From contig JAAILG010000235.1 of the NCBI GenBank assembly GCA_012026655.1, positions 1 through 64,000 of the forward strand: 64,000 bases of DNA. The letters are read 5' to 3'. Numbering within the stretch: position 1 is the stretch's first letter; every line of letters starts with the position of its first letter. Both the position numbers and the translations under genes were made by a program. Origin of the DNA: Hydrolagus affinis (taxonomy: Eukaryota). Positions 49,332-64,000 of the stretch are shown here, one piece after another. Below the pieces are notes generated by a model. The model was given only the letters and a program-made list of their open reading frames with translations. It was not told the DNA's origin and made no database searches.

Positions 49332-51105
49332 GGAGCAATACTCGATTGCTTCCCAGTTCAGTTGTACAAGGCGTTTCTTTTGCTTGTCCACTAAGTTGCA
49401 GTTATTTATTGTGTGTCCTTTAGTTTAAGGATCATTAATCAGTACAAATGCAGATTAGTACATGTTTTACTGCAAGTTGGTGAGCTTCTGGATGAATGGG
49501 TAAGCATTTAACAGGAAGCTGATAACATGAAGTCACATTGACCAACATCTTGCAACAGTCAGAAACCAATCAATGTTAAATTAAAGAATCAACCTCTTTA
49601 TTAAATGCAATATATTGATTGTTGGCCTGAGAGTTCCAAGATACCACCCAAGTCAAGGATGCTGTATCAATGCAAATTGTTGTATTCATCAGTTAGGATG
49701 AAAAATCCTGCTGTGTCAGCCTGCGTTACTGAATTGCACTGTTCATGGAGAAGCAAAATATAACAATAGTCCTTGCGTTTCATATAGCACCCTATCTTGG
49801 CTTCAAGACATCTCAAAGTGCTTCACAGATTGATACAGGGTTTACTGTAATGTGTAGTGATTGTATATTGTGGGTGAAACACGGCAACCAATTGCGCACC
49901 ACAGTGTATGAGTAGCAGAGGACTTTAATTTGTTCTAAATGTATATTTGAGGAAGGGAAGTGAAGATAGATGAAAGAGCTGCTAGCAGAGTTTGAACTCT
50001 TAATGCCACCTTCTGAAAAATAGATGCTATCTTCAATTAAGATAGCTGCTTGAGAACATGGATAAATTCATGTTTTTCTGCCTTAAGAAATAATATATTG
50101 AAATGCTGATTGTAGAAAGTTGAAACCAGGGATAGTTAATAATAATAATAATAATAATCCTTGCATTTGATATAGCGCTTTCCACATCTTATCAACGTCC
50201 CAAAGCGCTTCATAGTTTTGTTTCTCAAGCCCTTGTGACAGCTGAGAAATTACAACTAGTCCCAAGTGGGAACAAAGACTCTTGGAATAGTTGGGACATC
50301 TCACAATTTGATAAAGATCTGTTTGTCCTGGAGAAGGTGAATTGAACTATCCATGATTGAAGATATATCCATGATTGCCACACCACATGAGTGATGTTGA
50401 AAATAATCTCTCCTTGGTCAGTTCTCTACCCACTTAACACCCTCAGCCAGCTGGGACTTGAAAAACTATCCTTTAGGGACAAACTGGGGATGAATATTTG
50501 ATGAGGCAAGGTTCCAACATCAAGTATCATTTGTTGACTACAATGCTGCATAATTGTAGTTATCAGACAGTTAATTTTTTACAAAAAACATTACTATGAT
50601 GAAAATTTAACACTTGTCTAACATAGCTGTAACATGAGGCTGTGGCTTTCAGGTTGCAGTTAAGTCACTGTTGAAAGAACTCATATAGAACATTGTGGAA
50701 GCTGCAATGAAACTGCCAGGAAAAACTTCTGCTTTTGCAACTTTATGAGAACCTAATTTTCCAGATGATAGATTTTAAGGTAATCTGCGTGCATTGAAAA
50801 ATGCTAAAAAAAAACTGGTAATTTGTAATTCACCTTTTTGTATGATTCAAAGTATCTGAACTGAATATTATTTTCAATATATTTAGGGTAGAAAAGTGAA
50901 ATAATTTTGATGAAAACTCTTTTGAGGACTGACATCTTTGTAATGTCTATCGAGCTAATGAGTTAAAATGATATTGAGCTTTTGTATATAGTGCTGCAAC
51001 TAAGATTATATACAATGGTATGTAAATGAAACAGAAGGTGCAATGATAAATTTTGAATTAAACGTTCTTAACCAGAAATTGCTATGTTAGCTTTGTTTTT
51101 GCTGG

Positions 51106-51153
51106 TGTTTACTGATTCAACTTTGTTTACTGTTTACTGATTCAACTTTGTTT
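51106..51153. repeat. Local tandem duplication, 23-bp unit
   Basis: TGTTTACTGATTCAACTTTGTTT twice. Confidence 0.85.
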
Positions 51154-53261
51154 GTATCGACTCCTATTCTGTTACAGTTAAGCAGCTTCATCAGCCCACA
51201 CAGCTCACCTCAAGTCAGCAAATCAAACCCACGGTTGTCATAAGAATTTCAGTAAAGCGTAGTGTATGAAAATATTGTCCTTCGTGAAATTGTACAATAT
51301 TGTGGGGAAAAAAGGTCCTTTGTAGCACAGTTCAAAATCTTATAGTTTCAAGCTTACGATATGTTTGCAGGGAATGTTTTAAGATAAGTCTATAAGGTGA
51401 AAAAGGGTGATACTTTTAGTTGAAGGATTAATGCTCAGTTTATTGTGCTTGAAGCACTTTGTTATTGCTTCCAGCAGTGCAGCGATTTAAGGAGAGATTA
51501 GTTTGAATTTCTAACAGTGGCTTATACAGTACTAACATATTTTGCTTTGACTAACAACAGGAAAAACAAACGAAGGTTTGCATATCAAACATGCGTAGAG
51601 CTCTCCTCAGCCCCAGCAAGCAGCCAAAGTAGTTCAGGGGTGTGAATTATAAATCAGGCTTTCTATTCCTAATTTTGGAAAGTGTTCATAATCATCCATT
51701 AATTTAATACTTCAAATTGCTCCCACATGTTGTAAAAGTATATTCACTCACATACAGTACAAACATTACAAATTTTTGGGCGGTGAAATGAAAAGGAATC
51801 ATTTTTGAGCTGAGGCCATTTGAACTTTGTCTGCATTTAAATTATAGCAGTTCTAATTAATGTCCCTGTGAAACAGAAACCACCTTCTCAAAGTGATCTC
51901 AGCAGGTGGTTTCCAATGCAAAGTGCTGCACCTCAAACATCATTTATATATGGTACTGTGTTTTTCCTAATTGACTCAAAAATACGGTACATACCCACCA
52001 ACAGAATTTGATGCTGCATTGAAACTACAGGAATTTTATAAATAAACCGGTGAAAATAATATAAACCTTAAAAAACAAAAGAGCAAAAGAGAATAACAGA
52101 AAAAGAAGAACCCAAAGCTATTGGTGTTCATGAGAAAGATATTCCCTTCCCCATTTTGCTTGCTATATACTTGTCCTAATAATCCATGACTGCCTGCTTC
52201 ATGTCCTCCTGCCCTATCTGTCCCACTATCAGCAGGTGAGCTTTCATCCATTCTGAACTCTATCCCAAAGTGCCTGTGACTTATTTGTTTGACTGTTCCT
52301 TTGGTCATCTTCCATCCACCCCTCTTCAGCTCCCATCCCGGATTAGATATCCTGCCAGCAGTGAAAAGCACTTTGTGATGTCTTCCGGATGCAATAGGTG
52401 CAATAGAAATGTATATTGTAAAACCCTTAACAGTTCTGGTTATTTGGATATAATCCTAGATGTAAGTTGCAAATGAAGATTCCAAAAGGTTTAGTTTAAT
52501 ATTTACTGGGACAATGTGTATAATATATATAATAGCTCCATGAGAAATTCTTGTCAGTTTAATCACCAAGAAATGAAGGGGGTGTTATTTTTGTCCTTTG
52601 CATTCAAACTCATCAGATTGTACCAGATTGAGACAAGATATCTGATTGAATTTTGTTTACTTGCATTACTGTTTGCAAGTGACAGTCGCCTTCATCTGCA
52701 AACACATGGTTTCAACACTTTACAGTCGCAAGGCTTTATTTTATTGAAGAAGAGCCACTACATCTCCCTATGTCTAAATTTTGATCAAAATAAATTATCC
52801 CTAAATAGGAAATTTCGATCTAGAAATATACAAACAAATGAATTCTGTATTTGAGTAGTCCGCTTTAATTTTCTGGCATTATGGGTATGCTGTTGGCTTC
52901 CTTGGTGTGCTGTATTCTGGGAAGGGTGATATTGTCATCAAATTTGGCCATGTAGCTTTGCTTAAAGAAAACTTTCCAGAGAATGGCTCTAAAGTAAGAA
53001 AACATTTGACCATGTGCCAAATGTCTGGGATGTTTTATCCCACAATTACCCTGTATAAACTGGCTAAGGGGAGGTCATTCAACCTGGATTGAACTACATT
53101 GAGATGGGGGTGGATTATTTTACAGACATTGCTGGAAGTTTCATTTTGTAAACAAACTGATTAAAATGACTGTCTAAAAAAAATGAAGAGCTACTGTTGG
53201 GGTAATAGTATTGTTCTACTCTCATACATTTCCACAGAATAGATTTATAATGCTAATTGTT

Positions 53262-53981
53262 AAATATCCCGCCCCGACCTCATCATCCACAGTTTGCTAA
53301 ATGCAACAACCCTTGCTAACCACGGTTTATAACCCTTACTTATCCACGGGTTTTAACACTAACGTTTAGCTAGGACCCAGTTGCATCAACCAGCCTTGAT
53401 GTCGCTTCGCGCTAGCATATAGCACTAGGACCCAGTTGCGATGTTGCAATCAACCAGCGACAACGCTTCTCTCTTAGGATTAAGGTAAATAACATGAATT
53501 TATTGTTGCTTCTCCGCAGCCTAACTAGTAAGTTTGGGAGCATTGGCTGCCAGGATCCCCAGAACTCTCTCTCTCTGTAAGTGTATCTGTCCCTCTCTCA
53601 CTTCTCTATTTCACCTTCTCTTTCCCCCCCACCCCCCCTTCTCTCTCTCACCTCTCTCTGACTCATCCCCAGCCCTCTGTGTCTCTCTTTGTGTAGATCA
53701 GTCAGTCAACAGCCTCGCGGATTGCCTCTGATGCACCCAAACTTACTCCCCATGTATATTATAACTGTATGTGTTTTTTTTGTGTTTAGTTCTACGAAAC
53801 GCGAATTTACTTTCTCTATTCCCATGTTTACCATAGGGCCCTGCATTTTCCAACCACAAAAAAGCAAACATACTCCCACTATCACCATGTTTCCCATAGG
53901 GTCCTGCATTTTCCAACTGCGATTTTACCAACCGCGGAGGTTTAGAGGAACGTATCCCCCGCGGTTGGGGAGGGATACCTG
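53262..53981. mobile_element. Tigger/pogo-like non-autonomous DNA transposon with internal direct repeats
   Basis: Right end GCGGTTGGGGAGGGATACCTG|TA; degenerate left end TATCCCGCCCCGACCTC; internal repeats CTAGGACCCAGTTGC x2 and CCATAGGGYCCTGCATTTTCCAAC x2. Confidence 0.6.
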
Positions 53982-54001
53982 TATTTCAGTTAAATAAGAT
54001 G

Positions 54002-54313
54002 TGGATCTCCTGTAGCTCAGTGGTTAGAACCTTACAATCTGTATTCAAATCCAGGCAGATCTGGGCGAAACCTTGGGTAAATTTCCTTACTCCACATGCC
54101 TAATAATAATAATCGCTAAAAAAAATCACAACAATAAAAAAAAATTGGTCATTTCAATCCATGACTGTTTGTGGGACACTGCTGTGCGCAATTGTATGCC
54201 GCGTTTAACCAACAAATATACAGTCAATTCACTTTACAGTATATTCTGTGAAGCGCTTTGAAACGTTGAAAAGATGTGAAAAGCGCTATATCAAAATGCA
54301 AGGATTATTATTA
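54002..54313 (+). mobile_element. tRNA-derived SINE, full length with small head deletions
   Basis: Same family. Confidence 0.87.
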
Positions 54314-55842
54314 TATCATAGAGATGCTGAATTCTAATCCTTCTACCTGAGCAGCTTCTACCTGATCCAGCTTTTGGTCAGTTTTTTTCCCCCTTCCCAT
54401 GGCTCGGCCCCCGGATCCGCTTTGTGAAGTGCTCTGAGACACCGTCTGGTGTGGAGGGCGCTATATAAATCCAAGCTGTTTTTGTAAAGCATCCTGAATA
54501 ACTTTTTGAATAATTCATTTTTTTTTGTCAGAAAGAAAGAACTGAATCTCAGTTGACATTTTGTTAGTATTCACCATCACTGAACTCTGCACAGCTCCCC
54601 ACTCTCCTAATAATCTGTTGCACCATCTACATTTGCTCACAGCTGGCAAGGCACAATAGCTCTTTTTTTTTTGCAAGTGCACACTGCTCATTCCCATTTT
54701 CTTTGATTGTATTTTCTTTTTATAAAGCTCATCCAGCCACCTTGTAACGAGAGCAAATAATTGCACTTGCAAACCTGTCAGGTGTTTTAACTGCTGTTGA
54801 GTGGAAAACTTGGTAGACTTACAAAAAAATCTAATACTCAAAAGAACTGACGCGCCCTTAAAAATATGATAAATACGATCACTTAACAGAATCTGCAGTT
54901 TTGCCCTTGAGGTAAATGGCCTCCACAATTTTTTAATAACATTTTTTAAAAATCATGTGACCAGATATTTCTCCACAGATTGGAAGTGGTGCAGTTTAGC
55001 TGAACATCAGCAAATTTTGAACCATGACTATAAATATAGGTACAGTACCATGATGTAGTTTCATGTTTCAAAGAAGAATAAAATTACACTGCACAGTTTG
55101 ACTGCCCTATCCATTAGGGGTTGGGCTCATCAGGTTGTGGACATGTCTTCATCTCCAGGTCAGCTGTAGATTATGATAGACCTGCCTGACTTTGTTTGGA
55201 ATGTCTTCTCAGAACCAATTCAGCCCTAGGGTATCCTGCTTACGCAATTTAAAGAACACAGTGCCATGGGCTAAATTCATAGGTCACGGAGCAATTTTTT
55301 TATTTTAAAAAACAGTCCTAGCTGTTGTCAAAATAGGTTTTCATTTTTGAACAACGGTATTCATTTTAAGCCTTGCAACAGCTGTCAAAAGAAGGGACCA
55401 GTAAGCAGTACAATCCTATCTATGATGGTTTAAAATCCCTGCTGCAGAAGGAAAAAAACACCATCCAGTATTTTATTAAAATATAGACACTTTTTTTAAG
55501 TCACCTTTAGTTCGGCTTTTATATTTGTTTCTTCTCAATTTGTGTTTTATGGTGGGTACCACAGTACAATCTCCTGCAGCATCTGCTTATTTGGAGAATA
55601 TTAAGTCGTCATTGAGGCTCAGACCACAACACTTAAAATGTATGTATGTGGAACTCTGTCTGGTTTGGATCCTCCGATGCATGGTGATGGTTTTCTGCAT
55701 GTGTCCAGCATCCAGCTGAACAAATGAAATCTACCTTCCTTAGGCATTTAAGATATATTGAACTTTTCTTTGGACAAAGAATGTAGCTGCCGGAGTCTGT
55801 ATTTGAAATTGCAAAACCACATTCACTCCATTATTAATTACT

Positions 55843-56285
55843 AACAACAAAATTACATTTGTAGAGCGCCTTTCACATCGGGCGGACGTCGTAAGGCTCT
55901 GAACAGTCAGGACAGGACCCGAGCAAGGGAGAGGGGCAGGGTAAGAGGGAGGGGTGGGAGAGTTGGGAGGGGAGAGAGAGAGTTGGGAGGGCAGCAGAAG
56001 GCACGGTCGAAGAGGATGGTCTTGAGACCAGCCTTGAAGGAGGCGAGGGAGGGAGCAAGCTGAAGTTCCAGAGTGTGGGGGCAGAGAGGCTGAAAGTCTG
56101 TCCGCCGATGGTAGGATAGGTCGGACGAGGGACATGGAGCAGGCAAGAGCCCACTAAACGGAATGGGCGGGGAGATTCATAGGGGGACAGCAGGTCAGAG
56201 AGTTAGTGGGGGGGGGGGGTGGGGGGGGGCAAAGCTGTGAATGGCCTTGAAGGTGAGGACAAGGATCTTGAATTTGATCCTCTGG
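55843..56285 (-). mobile_element. L2 LINE 3' fragment
   Basis: Same family as 9733-10165. Confidence 0.8.
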
Positions 56286-56925
56286 TGGAGTCTTTCATTA
56301 ATGTGCCTTCAGCAAGTAATGTGGCTAAGGTGTGTGTGCATTATAATATAAATTTTATATACAGTATATATAAAACAATACATATATTTTTTCCCACACT
56401 GTGGTTTTGCTGCATAATATACAAATGATTTTTTTTTTAAAAAAAGCTCTTTATTGGAACTCGGCATGTGTTCAGTGTGGTTTTAGAAGCCACTCGTCTT
56501 GATTCCTCTTTCCAGCTGAGCAGTTGACTCGTTGGGTCAGCATTTTTCATGGTTACTGTTATTAGCAAAAATTGGTGGGATACAGTCAAAAAGCCTGTGA
56601 TTTGTTCTGCTCGGAAATGCAAGATAGTAGCTCTGATGGTTAATTAGGTATGCTTTACTCACATTTCTTTCAGTCAACACTAACAAATCCTCATCTAGTG
56701 AGTTATACCAACAGCATTCAAGCATTTCCAACTCCTGCAAATAGTTTCATTAGCCAATAGAGGCCTACGAAATAGAATCATAGCATAGTCAGAAGCACAA
56801 AGTACCTAACAGGCTTGGGTAGATAGTGTTTTACCATTTTTTGGGGGGGATAAAACAAAATCACCCGGAAAGAAGCTAGAGTACTAAGGATCTGCTCCGC
56901 ATATCACTTAATTCCTTTTCAAAGA

Positions 56926-56988
56926 GGGGCTAAGATGATTGAGCAAAATGAATTCTCAATGGGGGCTAAGATGATTGAGCAAAATGAA
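56926..56988. repeat. Local direct duplication, 27-bp unit, period 36
   Basis: GGGGCTAAGATGATTGAGCAAAATGAA at 56926-56952 and 56962-56988. Confidence 0.85.
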
Positions 56989-59711
56989 ACGCTCAGAGGG
57001 TTAATTGACTCTCAACCCATTTCTGTACTGGAAACCAAAATTAATTTGGCATGACTTTTGGCGTTCCTTCTTCTCAGGACTCATTAGACCTGTTAGACAT
57101 GGAAAAGAAACAGTAGAAATTGATACTTGCCGATGGAATTAATGCATAATGTAAATCAAAGTGTACTGTAAACACTTTGATGGTTGAGTCCTCTGGAATT
57201 AATTTAAGCTTAAAGGGATGGGAAAGGAATCTGCTCCAGTTCCTCTTCAATTAGGTATGCAGTGTATTGTGGTGGGTTTCAGACTGTGCAGTAATTATTG
57301 TTAAGATTTCAAGTGTATTTATTGATGGTGAGCAGTGTCTCTTGCGAATCGACATCCGGAATATGTTGTACATAATCTGGAAACCTATCAGCTTTGTGCT
57401 TCACTATAAATTTTCCATTATTGTGTTTAATGCAATGAATGGAGAGTGGTATTCCTGGTAAATAGAACATTTTTTCCTCTCTGCAATCTTACCATTGAAC
57501 ATTTTCTAGGTCAAACATAAAAATGGCTGAATTCAATGGCAAATTCCTTCTCCATTACTGAGACAAAGCAACCACAATCCCAACTTTGTTATTTTTGTGA
57601 CTTATACACAGATCATTCCAGATCTCATTTGAGGTTGGTGTGTATTGAAGCTCTGTTCATTGCTCGGAGATGCAGATTTGAAAATTCAGATTAGGCACTC
57701 CATTCACTTATTCTGCTTTCAATATTTGAGTTCTTCGTTGCCAAGTTTGAGTACTCTGACCTTCACCTCACTTCTAAACACTGGCTATCATTATAAACCG
57801 AGCCATTCCGCCCTATGGCCATGAAGCACAAGGCTGACAATAGTGCATTTACAGTTTAGTATGAGTAGGAAGTGCAAATTTAGAAAAATTAATACATCTG
57901 CAGAATTTTAACAGAGAAAGTTCTTTATTTCCACCCCATCGCTCCCTCACTCATAGCCAACATTGTGCCGGCGTAAAAATCTGATCGAATCACTATGGAT
58001 AAAAAGCCCTAAACACATCAAGAGCCTTGTTACATTCAATCAGATGGATACAGTCGTGTCCAGGCTAGTTTACCATTCTGTCTGTACTGAATGGGTTATC
58101 GTTCTTTGAATTAAAATGTTGAAAGTGCTTTTCTTAGTCTATGGATTCTTACTTCGCCCTTCAAATGCTTAAGCAGAAGTAAATATCAATTCTCCACCAG
58201 TTGTTTTGTTAACTGAACACTATTCACTTTTTTTGTTTTAACTGATTCTGCCATCACATGGCTTCCACATGCACATACCAGCAACTCACCTGACAGTTGT
58301 AAGACAGGAGCCGACCTGGTTCCCATCACCCAAATTCAAGCAGCTGTTGAGGCCAAATTGTAGCATTCATATCAAAGCTAAACTTGGAGGACATTGCTCC
58401 ATCCCTGGATAAAATGATCTAATGAGTCAGTAATGGGTAGGGTTCATAGAGGATACTAGGAAGGCAGTAATTGATTTTCCTAAATTGTACATTGAAAATG
58501 AGACCAATTGCCTTTGATTTTCAATTGGGTCGTTTTTAGATAGTTGCTGTGATGTGTGAAGGATAAATAAAGTTCAAAGAATCAGAACAATTTGCTACAA
58601 GAGCCTCATTAGTAAGACACAGTCTATAAAACCATGTTAACAAAAATCCTTCATCATTAAGATAACCTAATATTTTTTAAATCAGAATTTTATTTTGATA
58701 TTGAATTTATTTTTTAAATTGTGAGTTGCTTCCCTTTTTGTAAGGTGATCAAAGCTGCCATCATTGACTAGAATTGTGCACAGACTAATTTCATTGGATT
58801 ACCTTCACAATCTGTTTTTTTTAAAAAAAATTAATCCTTATCTCAACAGATGTCCTGGTCTTTATCCAGTTGGATTGATGTGATTTCAATGAGACACGAT
58901 TTGCTGGCTGTGGCGTAGACAGAATATTGCCCTTACCATAGATCACAGATAATTGTTTTTGAATATTTTCATGACTTATAATCTACTACCAGTTATATTC
59001 TTGCTAGGCTACTGCATATTGTAGTATTCTATTAGAAATTCTGCAATGTATGCAATAATATGTTTCAAGAGACATCCTCTGTATAATCTGTAGATGAGGG
59101 AGGATTTTAATTCAATTAATTCTGGAGAGAAAGTGGAAGGATTTGAGGTTTTGAAATAATGTATAAAACAACTTGTATTTATAATATTGTGCCCTTCACA
59201 AATTATACTTTATTGGAGATCTTTACAATGACTGAATCAGACATGCAGCATGGGAAGGCGCTTTGAGACGCCATGAAAAGCGCTATATCAAATGCAAGGG
59301 AGTGGTGTCAATAAGATAGATTTTAAGGAGAGAGATGAAGATAGGTAGAGTTAAGGTCTGGTAGGCAATAGTGGAATATTTTTCAAATGTGAATAATTGT
59401 AACTGAATTTTTTATAGTTGTGTGTGTGTATGAATTATCTTCAACATTGCTTTGTTTTCACCTCTGATACCTGAACAGTTGTTGGCAGATGGTTTATCCT
59501 TTATGTTTTAAACACAACACAAGGTATCCAATAACATACAATTCTGGCATTTCGCTTCTGCAATCGAGTCCAGACAATTGCAATAAAAATGTATTCTGTG
59601 AGTTTGTAATAGTAATAATTATATTAAGGAAGTGAAAAAATAGTATTTGCAATTTATCTAGTTATTCTTTGTGCATCCCATTCCTCATCCAACTTTTTTC
59701 CGTTGGATTAC

Positions 59712-59990
59712 TAATAATAATAATCCTTGCATTTGATATAGCACTTTTCACATTTTCTAGACGTCTCAAAGCACTACACAGAATACACTGTAAAATGAAT
59801 TGACTATATATTTGTGGAAGAAACAAGGCAGCCAATTGCGCACAGCAGTGTCACACAGTCATGGATTGAAATAACCAATTTATTATTTTACTTGAAGGAT
59901 TATTATTTGACGAGTGAATCTTGCCCAAAGTTTCACCCTGCATGGAATTGAACCCAGGCAAGTGCTCTAACCACAGGGCTGCAGGACTGA
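59712..59990 (-). mobile_element. tRNA-derived SINE, diverged
   Basis: Same family. Confidence 0.8.
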
Positions 59991-60554
59991 TTTGTAAATG
60001 CCTTCCATTTGTGTATACATTATGCAGTACTGTATGTTCAAAATGAAACAGTTCAAATAATTTTTCTCAGAGTTCAATTATTTCACTGTTTTCCTGAAGG
60101 TACTAACTTGTACCGCTGTAGTTCAGTGACCTCCCTTCAGAACATCATCTAAATGAGCCAAACTAATTGATCACCATGGGCATCATGGCCAGACGGTTCT
60201 ATCATGAGCCAGCAGTCATGCGTTTGCTTTGAAGCAGTAGAATAGGAAACCTAGCTAATATTTTCCTCCAAGCCGTAGGAACTTTGAAGACAATCGAAGC
60301 CTCTCAACTACTAACTCAGCAAATACTATGATTGTACCTTTGGGTCTTTACCAATTAGTTGCTCGCTTGATTGTGACATTACACATTGAGATTGAGCTGT
60401 AGGGGAAGTAGAGTTCATTATTAGAACAGTAGAGAATTACATAAATAAAACTTATGCTGCTATTTAGATTTAATTTCAACCCTAACAGAAGTAATTTTTT
60501 TTCTATGTCTATTTTACTTCAGTCTGAATAATTAATGCTGCACAAACAGAATCT

Positions 60555-60840
60555 AATAATAGTAATAATTCTTGCATTTGATTTAGTGGTTATCACGTCT
60601 TCTGGACGTCTCAATGTGCTTCATAGAATATACTGTAAAGTGAATTGACTGTAAATTTTGTGCACAGCAGTGTCCCACAAACAGTCATGGATTGAAGTGA
60701 CTAATTTATAATTTTTTAAAAGGGATTATTATTAGGCATGTGGAGTAAGGAAAATTGCCCAATATTTCGCCCTGCCCTGGAATCGAACCCAGGTCTCTCC
60801 CTTGCAAGGCAAGTTTCTACCACTGAGCTACAGGGCTCCA
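60555..60840 (-). mobile_element. tRNA-derived SINE
   Basis: Same family. Confidence 0.85.
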
Positions 60841-63627
60841 CAATCTATGCACAAACTACCATATCTGTTGCATGCGTTTTTTTCCTAACCTTGTTAACAA
60901 CGCCAAAATGACATCATAGTAATAAAGAAATAACAAAAAGAAGTTGTGCTGTTTGGCTTGACCGTGGGAGGCAGCAGAATAAAGCTGCAAAGGAACTGTA
61001 TAAATAGATTGATCAATGAAACTTGGGAAGGAAGAGGGAATGGACCTGATAAGGCTGCCAAGTGGAAAGATAAATAAATAACCTTCTTCCAAACAGCCTA
61101 CCTGAAAAGGCTTATTCATATGTTAAATTTGGGTATTAATAGTGCTCTTATCAACTCGGATTTGGATTTGCCTTCATTTGCATCATGCATTCCAGCCCTT
61201 AAAACAACCAGAGGAGAGGAAGAAGAATCCATGTTTGTATTTTGTGATAAACCTCAAAATCTAAAGCAAGCAGCAGTTCAGTTCAAAAATACATTTTCCC
61301 CTTCATCCTTCTGAATGAGCTAGGCCCAATGGGTAATATTTCAAGAAAATCCTTGTTGAAGGATGGATAAGTGACCTTTCCCCTGATTCTTGGGTACAGT
61401 ATATCTTACATGATAGTTCTCACAGAAGTCTATTGAGGGTTTAGAGACCTTGTTAGTTTATTGCTTGGGGTTTGTAGGTTGGGGTATTTGTTTAGTTATC
61501 AATTGCCAGCATGATCTAATGATTTTGGAATTCATTCTCTTGAGATCTGCTAGGTGTTACTATCAACTGCAAATCAATCAAATAATTGCTATCTAGAAAT
61601 CATAATTTAAACCATGCCACTGATTTATTGTCAGAGCAACAAAAGAGAGGAATCTGTCATAGCTTTTAAAACCGAATTGACCAAATATTTGAACAAATAT
61701 TAAAGTGTAATGGGGAAATGTAAAGTTCAGAGTGTCCAAATCTTTTTTTTGCTCTATCCACTCCCCTCTCGTTCCCCTGTACGAGGAATAATTTTTATTC
61801 AATGTGTACTTTACAATTTCATTCATTTAAACACATACAAAATGTATTTGTGGGGCAGGAGGAAATCGATAAATGTTGATGTGTATACAGTTGTTTACTG
61901 AATTGAATATTTAATAAATTGGAACCACAGACTGAAACTGGTGAAACCTTAGGGATCTTAGAATTTTACGACAATTGTTACCATGAATCTGGCTACTAAA
62001 CAAGGGACACATTATTCCTGGCTTGAATTTGTGCAATGGAATGGAATTTAAGACAGTTTGGAATGGAACTTTTATTTCCCCTCAAATCTAATATTGCCTG
62101 CTAGAGATTTCCCAACCAGGAAGATTATACTTGTTACTTTGAAGAGTTTCAGTTCTAAAATCCTTGGCAAGACTTGTTTAAGAATTAAAAATCACCGAAT
62201 TATAGCAGTGCAGCAGAAGCCATGAACTGGACAGAGCTCTTGCTGTTGTGAGTTTGAACTCCAGCTGTGAACAACAATCCTGTCTTATCTAACGCAAATT
62301 GAATGAATGTCACCAACTCATTCCCTCCGCTCTAATATGTGAGGATCCCACTTGCAGGAAAATAAATCTTGCTTTGCTGCAAATGGGCTCATTTACAATT
62401 TACACAGTAAATCCTGCCCAGGGCTTTGAATCATCCTCCCAGTGCTTTGTCAAATGAGAGGATGATTGTTATTTTCTACCTCCCATCACCTTGAGTAAGG
62501 AGCTTAAAATTACTTGGAAGTGACTGTGCAGTTTTTAATTCTTTTATCCTTATACTACACCAATGAAGAAATTGTATTGGTGTAAATAGTCTGCATGAGA
62601 CATGAATATAGATGAGACAAATTAGGAAATTATACATCTTTCTACAGAATAAAATGTGCCTGGAGAATTGTATTTGCAGAGTGTACTTGCATGGCTATAA
62701 CGATAAACATACTAATACTAAAAGATTATAAGTAATCTTTTTAAACGTTTGTTGCATTTTGCTCATTTACAGAATGAACAATATATTTGGGTCTCCCTTG
62801 CCAGATTTCTTCCTAAGAAATAGGTACCTATACTCATAAAATTTTAAAAACATCACCACATTTGAAGTTTTAGCAATTCAATTAAGACATCTGCTAAACA
62901 ATAGTTCAAATTAGATTCCAGTATCAAATGATAGTGTTGACTGCATAAAATGATTTTAATGTAAAATTCTGGTTCCCAGAGATTCTGAAACAAGTTAAAT
63001 CTTATCCTTTAATTTTCGATCACCTGTTTATCCATGACTTTCTAGGTTGAAATCAGTTACTGACAAAGCAATGCATTTGTTTTGTGTGGCAAAAATATCC
63101 AAACCCTTAAAGATTCTATTTGTCCTAAGAGTCTATCTCATGCCTACATATGGTGGCCGCACATGGTGATGATTGCATTTAGGTAGAGAGCCAAATATGC
63201 TTTTTAAGCAATAACTCGCAACGTTGCAAGGAGTAATTAATAACTGGTCACTGTACAGTTACAAGTTGAAACAATCTGAATATTGGTTATGGAAGCAATC
63301 CTTTTCTTTCCAAGTGCCACATTGAAGAAACATGATTTGGAAATTTCTCAGTAATATCCACACTGTATTTTCCATTGAATTGGAGGAAACGTGTAAATAT
63401 CCCCTTCTAATGCTGCTCTCTGGTGGTACTCGAGTGTAAACACAGCTCCGTGGCTTGGTTGAATTGGAAGTTTTTTTTAACTTCTGAGATTACAGTACTT
63501 AAAATAAAAACAGTTGTTGATAATAATAAACCTTGCACTTGTCATAGCACCTTAGCATATTTTTGAGACATCTCAAAGTGCTTCACCCAATGCACCATAC
63601 ACTGAATTGACTTAATTCTGTAGAAAG

Positions 63628-64000
63628 ATGTATAATTTCCTCCAGCTAAATGTTGGCAAGACGGAAGCCATACTGTTTGGCTCTCGTCAACATCTTCAAT
63701 CACACGGTTCTCACCTCCTCCACCTACCTGACCTGCCCCTAAAAGTCTCCGAACCCGTAAGGTTCGGGATCGACCCCCAATTATCCTTCGTCCCCCACAT
63801 CTGGTCCCTCACCAGCACCGCTTTCTTCCATCTCTGATGCATCGCCCACCTTCGCCAATATCTCACCCCAAAAGCTGCCAAAACCTTGGTGCATGCCTTT
63901 GTCACCTCTCGGCTGGACTATTCAAATGCCCTCTTTGCCGGTCTCTCCTCTGCTTCCTTTCATAAAATCCAGGTCATCCAGAATTCTGCCGCCCGCATTC
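63628..64000 (+). mobile_element. L2 LINE ORF2 fragment, degenerate, runs off the window
   Basis: NFLQLNVGKTEAILFGS..., KTLVHAFVTSRLDYSNAL, IQNSAAR. Confidence 0.9.

Larger units (their letters stand above)
44961..64000 (+). other. SSH2: SSH2 intron 1 (partial)
   Basis: Follows the GT donor; no SSH2 exon-2-like peptide recognised downstream; AT-rich with scattered repeats. Confidence 0.65.

Noticed and set aside
1-64000. CRISPR array or prokaryotic operon/defence system
   Set aside because: The recurring ~30-60 nt motifs are dispersed SINE/LINE tails in both orientations, not regularly spaced repeats; the DNA is intron-rich vertebrate sequence

Overview
Vertebrate genomic DNA, not prokaryotic. 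The repeat content (a tRNA-headed Deu-domain SINE, L2 and CR1 LINE fragments, a shark-type Penelope-like short element) points to a cartilaginous fish, probably a chimaera (inference). The window holds a complete minus-strand EFCAB5 gene. I reconstructed 19 coding exons (37463->6362) with GT-AG junctions and consistent phases, giving about 3552 nt / 1183 aa; one donor site is uncertain. A probable non-coding first exon lies near 39021-39100. Head-to-head on the + strand are the CpG-rich promoter and first coding exon of SSH2 (MALVTVQRSPTPSTTSSPCVS, 44898-44960), followed by at least 19 kb of intron. Most ORF-track entries are spurious or come from repeats. Most interesting observations: (1) the EFCAB5 C-terminus looks like a stand-alone dynein microtubule-binding domain; (2) a 135-bp TSD-flanked retroelement at 1591-1725 carries an apparently intact minimal hammerhead ribozyme; (3) a repeat-poor, TF-motif-dense island inside EFCAB5 intron 4. 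All alignments were made by eye against remembered consensus sequences; no searches were run.
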